DNA of 64,000 nt, taken from IMG/VR virus record IMGVR_UViG_3300049460_000157, positions 1-64,000 of that record; one strand, 5' to 3'. The notes below the pieces were generated by a model, which made no database searches, was not told the DNA's origin, and saw only the letters and a program-made list of their open reading frames with translations. Position numbers and translations under genes: made by a program. Each line of letters begins with the position of its first letter. Position 1 is the first letter of the stretch. Below, piece by piece: positions 57,722-64,000 of the stretch. Source of the stretch: a virus.

Positions 57722-58302
57722 TGGGGACGCTCGGCCTCAATGAGCAGATCGCCGCTGAATCTGCCAGCAAACTCACTGGCGGCCGGGTGAACTACTACCT
57801 GGCCCAGGTCGACCATCCCCAGCGTGAAGAGCAGCCGGCCTACCAGGCGGAGTGCGAGGACATCATCTCCACACTCGGCATGACCTTCGACGAAGCCTGT
57901 GAATTCAAGGCGATCTGGCGCACTGCTGCTGCCCGTCTGGGCAATGGCAAGCCGGGCCGCAGCCAGCTCGATCAGGCGATCTACGACGCGGAGAAGCGTG
58001 TTCACTACGCAACTCGCAGCCTGAAAGCCCTGCAGCATGCGCGGGATGACGCCGCAGTGGTTGATGCCGCGCAGGACATGCTGGGACAGAAACCCGAGAA
58101 GAATCTGGAAGTGAAAACGTGGTGGGACTGGCCCGGCAGTCAATCCGGCGGCGGCCCGGCACCTTCGGATCTTTACGTCGAGATCAAACGGCGTGATGGC
58201 AACACAGCCATAGGCCGGGTACGCAGTTTCAACTGGTCTCACCTCGGTACTGTCGTTGCAGCTGCCTCCGACATCGTTGGCTGGCGACACGCTGACCAGT
58301 AA
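57721..58302 (+). CDS. Hypothetical conserved protein
   Basis: 'GGRVNYY', 'ECEDII..LGMTFDE...FKAIWR', 'YDAEK'. Confidence 0.65.
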   Translation: MGTLGLNEQIAAESASKLTGGRVNYYLAQVDHPQREEQPAYQAECEDIISTLGMTFDEACEFKAIWRTAAARLGNGKPGRSQLDQAIYDAEKRVHYATRSLKALQHARDDAAVVDAAQDMLGQKPEKNLEVKTWWDWPGSQSGGGPAPSDLYVEIKRRDGNTAIGRVRSFNWSHLGTVVAAASDIVGWRHADQ

Positions 58303-58367
58303 CTGAGCGGGTTACTGATCCTTTCCCTGGTTCCAGCAACCCCCATTCACTCCTGGCACTCCTCATC

Positions 58368-59345
58368 ATGAAAGTCACGAACAACAGCGATATCTCGCTC
58401 GCACTGGCCGTGTGGATCCTCCACGACGAGTACGACTACGTCAACGACGCAAATTACATCAGCGCAACGAAGCTGATGCGGCCGATCCGCCACCTCGTTC
58501 TGCCCGACCGGATTCCGGCTGCCCAGCGTCAGGCACCGGACGTGGACGAGTTTATCGCCTCGGCGCTGGGCAAGTCCCTGCACGACTCGATCGAAAAGGC
58601 CTGGACGCATGGGTATGCCCGTGCGCTCAAGCTGATGGGCTATCCGGACGATGTCATTGCACACGTCCGCATCAACCCGGAGAAGCCGGAGCCAGGGACG
58701 ATACCGATCTACCTCGAGCAGCGTGCGAAGCGCGAAGTCGTGGTCAATGGTGTCACGTACATCGTCGGCGGCAAGTACGACATGGTGATGGAAGGCATCG
58801 TGATGGACAACAAGTCCACCACGTCCTACACCTGGCTGTACGGCGGCAAGGACGGTGATTACCGTCTGCAGGGTTCGATCTACAAGTGGCTGAACCCGGA
58901 CAAGATCACCGAGGACTTCATCCGGATCAACTTCATCTTCACCGACTGGTCGGCAATGGCTGCCCGGCAGAACCCGGCCTATCCGCAGAAGCGCGTCCAG
59001 CACAAGGACATCCCGCTGCTGTCGGTCGAGGAAACGGAGCAGTGGATCAAGTGGAAGCTGACCCAGGTGCAGAAGTATTCGAACGCGCCTGAGAACCAGA
59101 TCCCGGAATGTACGGATGAAGAGCTCTGGCGCTCGGACCCGAAGTTCAAGTATTACGCCGACCCTACCAAGACGGCTGGCAAGTCCACCAAGAACTTTGA
59201 CACGCTCGTTGAAGCGAATCAGTTCTGGCGTGTCGACAAGGCCGGCAAGGGCATCGTCATCACCGTGCCGGGCGAAGTGAAGCGTTGCGGTTACTGCGAC
59301 GCTTACGACGCCTGCACCCAGAAGAACAGGTATCTCACACCATGA
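58368..59345 (+). CDS. PD-(D/E)XK exonuclease-like protein (N4 gp42-like)
   Basis: 'ISATKL', 'GGKYD...DNKST', 'LQGSIY.WL', C-terminal 'CGYC...CTQ'. Confidence 0.8.
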   Translation: MKVTNNSDISLALAVWILHDEYDYVNDANYISATKLMRPIRHLVLPDRIPAAQRQAPDVDEFIASALGKSLHDSIEKAWTHGYARALKLMGYPDDVIAHVRINPEKPEPGTIPIYLEQRAKREVVVNGVTYIVGGKYDMVMEGIVMDNKSTTSYTWLYGGKDGDYRLQGSIYKWLNPDKITEDFIRINFIFTDWSAMAARQNPAYPQKRVQHKDIPLLSVEETEQWIKWKLTQVQKYSNAPENQIPECTDEELWRSDPKFKYYADPTKTAGKSTKNFDTLVEANQFWRVDKAGKGIVITVPGEVKRCGYCDAYDACTQKNRYLTP

Positions 59346-61507
59346 TTGATCTCACCGGGGTAACCCACCATCCGGCAGTCGAAGAGATTGTCGATGTGCT
59401 CTGCAATAAAACGCAGAACACCGATCGCGGATTCTTCCGCGTCGAAGCCGCCTATTTCCTCGGAAAAATGGCGAGCAACATGCGTGCCCTCGTCGTCACG
59501 CAGGACCGCGGCGAAATCCCGGTGAACATCTACGCACTGGCACTGGCCTCTTCCGGCTACGGCAAGGGCCACTCGGTCCATGTGTTCGAACAGGAATTCA
59601 TGAAGGGCTTTCGCAAGCGCTTCATGGAAGACACGTTGCCAGTGGTGGCCGAGAAGCACCTGAACGAGATGGCCAACCATCGCGCCGGCAAGAACGGCAC
59701 GGATCCAGCGGAGGAATTCGAAGCTCTGCAGGGCGAGTTCAAGCGGGCCGGCGCCTTCCCGTTCACGTTCGACAGTGGCACGCCTCCGGCTGTGAAGCAG
59801 CTACGCCAGAAGCTGCTGCTGGCGAACTGTGGCTCGATCAACCTGCAGATCGATGAGATCGGCTCGAACCTGATCAGCAACATCGACGTGCTGAACCTGT
59901 TCCTGGAGCTGTACGACCAGGGCATCGTCAAGCAGAAGCTCACGAAGAACACGGTCGAGAACACCCGTGGCGAGGAAGTGGACGGCAAGACGCCCACCAA
60001 CATGCTGCTGTTCGGCACGCCTTCGAAGCTGCTCGACGGCGGCCAGACCGAGAACGAGTTCTACTCGTTCCTGGAAACGGGTTACGCACGGCGCTGCCTG
60101 TTCGGCTGGGGCCAGCAGGACCGCAGGGCTTCGCACACCATGTCGGCCGAGGAGATCTACAAGCGCCTCACGCAGCCGACGAACAATGTCGTGGTGCAGC
60201 GCTGGGCGGCGCACTTCCACAAGCTGGCCGACCCGGCCATGTTCGGCTGGAAGATGACCGTCGAAGAGCCGGTGGCGATCGCCCTGCTGCAGTACAAGAT
60301 CCACTGCGAGCAGCTGGCCGAGGCCATGGCCGAGCACGAGGAGATCAAGAAGGCCGAGCTCGGTCACCGCTACTTCAAGGCGCTCAAGCTCGCCGGTGCG
60401 TTTGCATTCACCGACGAGAGCAACGAAGTCGAGATGGAGCATCTGAAGCAGGCCATCCTGCTGGTCGAGGAAAGCGGCACGGCATTCCAGGCGATTCTCA
60501 ACCGGGAAAAGGCCTACGTGAAGCTGGCGAAGTACATCGCCACCTGTGGCCAGGACGTGACCCATGCGGACCTGATGGAGGCGCTGCCGTTCTACAAGTC
60601 CGGCAACGCCGCACGCAACGAGATGATGACGCTGGCCACCGCCTGGGGCTACAAGAAGCACATCGTGGTCAAGAAGTTCTACGTCGACAACATCGAGTTC
60701 TTCAAAGGTGAGACTTTGCAGGAGACGAATCTCGACGAGATCACGGTCTCGTACGGCGAGCACTGGGCCTACAACTACGTGAGTGAGAAGGTGCCGTTCA
60801 GCCAGCTCCACCAGCTCACGCAGGCGGCGCAGGACGATGGCCAGCCCATGCACTGGGTCAACCACAACCTGAAGAACGGCCACCGTGCCGAGGAGAACGT
60901 GTTCCCCGGCTTCAACCTCGTCGCCATCGACGTGGATGGAGGCGTGTCGCTCGCCACCGTGCACGAGCTGCTAAAGGAATACAAGTTCCTGACGTACACG
61001 ACCAAGCGCCACACCGATGAGGAAAACCGCTTCCGGCTGCTGCTGCCGATCAACTACGTCCTGGAACTGGATTCCGATGAGTACAAGGAATTCATGAACA
61101 ACATCATGGAGTGGCTGCCGTTCAAGACGGATGAGTCGGCTAACCAGCGCTCCAAGAAGTGGGAGACCTTTGCTGGCGGCAAGTTCCACTACAGCACCGA
61201 GGGCGAGATCCTCGATGCGCTGCGGTTCATCCCGAAGACATCGAAGAACGAGCAGTACCGCACCGAGATGAAGAAGGTGGAGTCGCTCGACAACCTGGAA
61301 CGCTGGTTCGTGCAGCGCATGGTCACAGGTAGCCGCAACAACCAGATGATCAAGTATGCGCTCGCTCTGGTCGACTCGGGCATGGACCTGATGTCGGTCA
61401 GCAAGCAGGTGCATGCGTTCAACGGCAAGCTGAACAATCCCCTCTCCGAGGAGGAGATCAACAGCACGATCATGACCACGGTGGCCAAGCGCTTCCAGAA
61501 ACAGTAA
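59342..61507 (+). CDS. DNA primase (N4 gp43/dns-like)
   Basis: 'SGYGKG', 'IDEIGSN', 'IDVDGG', 'YTTKRH...RFR', 'GSRNNQM'. Confidence 0.85.
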   Translation: MIDLTGVTHHPAVEEIVDVLCNKTQNTDRGFFRVEAAYFLGKMASNMRALVVTQDRGEIPVNIYALALASSGYGKGHSVHVFEQEFMKGFRKRFMEDTLPVVAEKHLNEMANHRAGKNGTDPAEEFEALQGEFKRAGAFPFTFDSGTPPAVKQLRQKLLLANCGSINLQIDEIGSNLISNIDVLNLFLELYDQGIVKQKLTKNTVENTRGEEVDGKTPTNMLLFGTPSKLLDGGQTENEFYSFLETGYARRCLFGWGQQDRRASHTMSAEEIYKRLTQPTNNVVVQRWAAHFHKLADPAMFGWKMTVEEPVAIALLQYKIHCEQLAEAMAEHEEIKKAELGHRYFKALKLAGAFAFTDESNEVEMEHLKQAILLVEESGTAFQAILNREKAYVKLAKYIATCGQDVTHADLMEALPFYKSGNAARNEMMTLATAWGYKKHIVVKKFYVDNIEFFKGETLQETNLDEITVSYGEHWAYNYVSEKVPFSQLHQLTQAAQDDGQPMHWVNHNLKNGHRAEENVFPGFNLVAIDVDGGVSLATVHELLKEYKFLTYTTKRHTDEENRFRLLLPINYVLELDSDEYKEFMNNIMEWLPFKTDESANQRSKKWETFAGGKFHYSTEGEILDALRFIPKTSKNEQYRTEMKKVESLDNLERWFVQRMVTGSRNNQMIKYALALVDSGMDLMSVSKQVHAFNGKLNNPLSEEEINSTIMTTVAKRFQKQ

Positions 61508-61561
61508 GCCTTTCCTTGGCTCAGTCACATCGAGCCAGGGGGAGAGATAAGGAGAACTCAC

Positions 61562-62332
61562 ATGAGTGAAGTATTGGAAGTCCAGGGAACCGACGTGAGT
61601 GCGGCCAATGATCAGCTGATCATGATCTGCGGTTTCTCTGGCGAGGGAAAGAGCGCAAGCCTGCGCCATATCCGCAACCAGCAGAACTGGATGTACCTGA
61701 ACTGCGAAGCCGGCAAGCGCCTGCCGTTTGCCAACAAGTTCGACCGCTACACCATCACCGATCCGTACCAGGTGCATGAAGCGTTCGATGCAGCCACACA
61801 GGGCCAGCTCGACTACGTATGCGAAGGGATCGTCATCGACTCGGGCACGTTCCTGATGGAGATGTTCGAGACCATGTACGTGCTCGGTTCAGCCGACACC
61901 ATGAAAGGCTGGAGCCAGTACCAGCAGTTCTGGAAGACGCTGATGCAGCAGAAGGTAGCGGCATTTGGCAAACCGGTGCTGATCACCGCTCACCTGCTCG
62001 ACGTGCTCGATGAAAAGAGCATGTCCATGAAAACCAGTGTCCCTGTGAAAGGTGCACTGAAGAACAACGGTCTGGAAGCCTACTTCTCGACAGTTGTCAG
62101 TGCCACGAAGGTTCCTCTCAAGGAGCTGGAGAAGTTCGGCAACAAGATGCTGGATATCACGGAAGACGAGAAGGAGCTTGGCTTCAAACACGTCTTCCAG
62201 ACCCGCATCACGAAGCAGACCACCGGCATGCGCCTGCGCAGTCCGATGGGCATGTTCAAGCGCGAAGAGACCTACATCGACAACGATGCCCAGAAGCTGC
62301 TTGATCACCTGAACGAGTTCTACGACATCTGA
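61562..62332 (+). CDS. AAA_24/Sak4-like ATPase (N4 gp44-like)
   Basis: 'GFSGEGKS', 'LNCEAGK', 'VIDS', 'RLRSPMGMF'. Confidence 0.8.
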   Translation: MSEVLEVQGTDVSAANDQLIMICGFSGEGKSASLRHIRNQQNWMYLNCEAGKRLPFANKFDRYTITDPYQVHEAFDAATQGQLDYVCEGIVIDSGTFLMEMFETMYVLGSADTMKGWSQYQQFWKTLMQQKVAAFGKPVLITAHLLDVLDEKSMSMKTSVPVKGALKNNGLEAYFSTVVSATKVPLKELEKFGNKMLDITEDEKELGFKHVFQTRITKQTTGMRLRSPMGMFKREETYIDNDAQKLLDHLNEFYDI

Positions 62333-62396
62333 TCGGTCAACCCCCGTCAAGAAAACATAGACCTCACGTCAACACATCACTGAAAGAGAAAACATC

Positions 62397-63161
62397 ATGA
62401 GCTTGTTTGGAAACCTGAAAAGCGAAGGCCTGGAACAATCCGAAGACCGCCTGGGTGGCAACTTCGGCCCGGTCGAATCGGACATCTACAAGGCGGTGAT
62501 CAAGGCGGCCTACGCCGGCCAGGCAGCGAGCGGTGCACGCTCGGTGTCATTCATCTTCGATCTCGGCGGCCGCGAGTTCCGCCCGACGATCTACATCACC
62601 AACAAGAAGGGCGAAAACTACTTCATCAACAAGGACGACAAGACGAAGAAGGTACCGCTGCCGGGCTTCACGACCGTCGACGATATCTGCCTGGTCGCCA
62701 CCGGCAAGCCGCTCGCTGAGCAGGACGCCGAGGACAAGGTCATCAAGCTGTACGACCCGGAGCTGAAGAAGGAAGCGCCGAAGTCGGTGCCGATGCTCAT
62801 CGAGCTGGTCGGCAAGGAAGTGTCGCTCGCCGTGCTGAAGCTGCTGGTGAACAAGAACGTGAAGAACGACGCCACCGGCGAGTACGAGCCGACTTCGGAA
62901 ACGCGTGAAGAAAACAACATCGAGAAGGTGTTCGACACCGACTCGAAGATGACCGTCAACGAAGCCCGCCAGGGTGCCGAGACGGCTGCCTTCTGGGACG
63001 GCTGGCTCGAGCGCAACAAGGGCAAGACGCGTGACAAGCGCACGCTGAAGGACGGCGAAACGGGCAACGTTGGCGCACCGAAGGCTGCGCGTCCGGCTGG
63101 TGCTGCCCCGCAGGCGGCCAACACCGAACGCAAGTCGCTGTTCGGCAAGAAGGCCGCGTAA
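62397..63161 (+). CDS. ssb: Single-stranded DNA-binding protein / late activator (N4 gp45-like)
   Basis: 'SGARSV', 'PLPGF', 'TREENNIEKVF', C-terminal 'RKSLFG' as in the N4SSB activation tail. Confidence 0.85.
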   Translation: MSLFGNLKSEGLEQSEDRLGGNFGPVESDIYKAVIKAAYAGQAASGARSVSFIFDLGGREFRPTIYITNKKGENYFINKDDKTKKVPLPGFTTVDDICLVATGKPLAEQDAEDKVIKLYDPELKKEAPKSVPMLIELVGKEVSLAVLKLLVNKNVKNDATGEYEPTSETREENNIEKVFDTDSKMTVNEARQGAETAAFWDGWLERNKGKTRDKRTLKDGETGNVGAPKAARPAGAAPQAANTERKSLFGKKAA

Positions 63162-63174
63162 GGCGAGGCCGATC

Positions 63175-63753
63175 TTGCGAATCCAAGTCGCAGGCATGGA
63201 CCCCAGTATGCGTAACTGGGGCTGTGCCGAAGCCTCTCTCGATCTGGACTCTGGCGTGCTGTCGGTCCCTGTTCTGTCCCTGGCTCAGCCGGAGGACATC
63301 AAGACCAAGCAGACTCGCCAGAACTCCAACGACATGTACCTCGCCAAGGTGCTCTATGAGCACGCCCTCACCGTCGCTCGACGGAGCAAGGTCATCTTTG
63401 TGGAGGTGCCAGTGGGTTCCCAGTCTGCGTCCGGTATGAAAGCGTACGGAATGTGCGTCGGTATACTGGGTGCACTACGGGCAGAAGGGCACGAGATCAT
63501 CGAGGTCACCGCGACTGAAGTGAAGAAGTTTTTCACTGGAGACCCCAACGCTTCCAAAAAGCAGATGATTGCCCAGGGAGTGCAGGACTATCCCACGGCG
63601 AACTGGCCTCGATACGAAAAGAACGGCGCGACCTTCAGGAAGGGTGACATCTCCAACGATGCCGAGCACGTTGCCGATGCCATCGCCGCAATACACGCCG
63701 GAGTTAACACTCCGATGTTCCAGAATCTAATGCGACTCTTCGCAAACCTTTAG
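63175..63753 (+). CDS. RuvC-like Holliday junction resolvase (N4 gp46-like)
   Basis: 'GMDPSMRNWG', 'FVEVPVGSQ', 'EHVADA'; TTG start. Confidence 0.85.
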   Translation: MRIQVAGMDPSMRNWGCAEASLDLDSGVLSVPVLSLAQPEDIKTKQTRQNSNDMYLAKVLYEHALTVARRSKVIFVEVPVGSQSASGMKAYGMCVGILGALRAEGHEIIEVTATEVKKFFTGDPNASKKQMIAQGVQDYPTANWPRYEKNGATFRKGDISNDAEHVADAIAAIHAGVNTPMFQNLMRLFANL

Positions 63754-63762
63754 GAAAAGAGC

Positions 63763-64000
63763 ATGCAAATCATTATCGTTCAGGCTGAGATCGAAGCTGC
63801 GATCCGCAACTACATCAACAATCAGCTCCAGGTAAAGGACGGTCACCGTATCGACATCGAGCTGTCGGCCACCCGTGGCGCCGATGGTTTCAAGGCGACC
63901 ATCGACATCGTGGCAGCGAACGCCCCGAGCCTGCCGAAGGGTTCACCGGAAGTCGATGCTGCACCGGCCCCGGCTCCTGCACCGACGCCCTCGCCGGCGA
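63763..64000 (+). CDS. N4 gp47-like protein, truncated by window edge
   Basis: MQIIIVQAEIEAAIRNYI...TRGADGFKATIDI. Confidence 0.6.
   Translation, partial: MQIIIVQAEIEAAIRNYINNQLQVKDGHRIDIELSATRGADGFKATIDIVAANAPSLPKGSPEVDAAPAPAPAPTPSPA

Noticed and set aside
58368-59345. Cas4/CRISPR adaptation module
   Set aside because: PD-(D/E)XK nuclease is a core N4-like replication gene in its normal syntenic position; no array or cas1.
1-64000. Integrase, protelomerase, CI repressor, LexA box, tRNA genes
   Set aside because: None recognisable by eye; roughly 10 kb or more of the genome (mostly vRNAP) is outside the window, so absence is not proven.

Overview
This window is about 64 kb of an N4-like podophage (Schitoviridae-type) genome, roughly 60% GC, circularly permuted. 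Minus strand 1-23.8 kb is the late block: 5' end of the giant virion RNA polymerase, gp51-59-like virion genes, capsid, portal, lysis cassette, two receptor-binding proteins and terminase. Plus strand 24-64 kb is the early/middle block: two N4-type hairpin promoters, gp2, two-subunit RNAP II, AAA/vWA pair, dCTP deaminase, rIIA/B, helicase, PolA, primase, SSB and resolvase. The standout is a plasmid-type maintenance module between the two RNAP II subunit genes. It consists of a centromere-like repeat tract, parA, a small ParG-like partner, an HTH replication initiator, four palindromic iterons, an AT-rich tract and two perfect DnaA boxes. This suggests an N4-like phage-plasmid (extrachromosomal prophage) in a group classically regarded as virulent. 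Also seen: an over-represented dispersed 9-mer (candidate parS), a recurring TAGA-N6-TTTG regulatory motif, several structured ncRNA candidates, and a three-domain candidate anti-defence fusion. All family assignments come from motif recognition and synteny by eye; no database searches were run.
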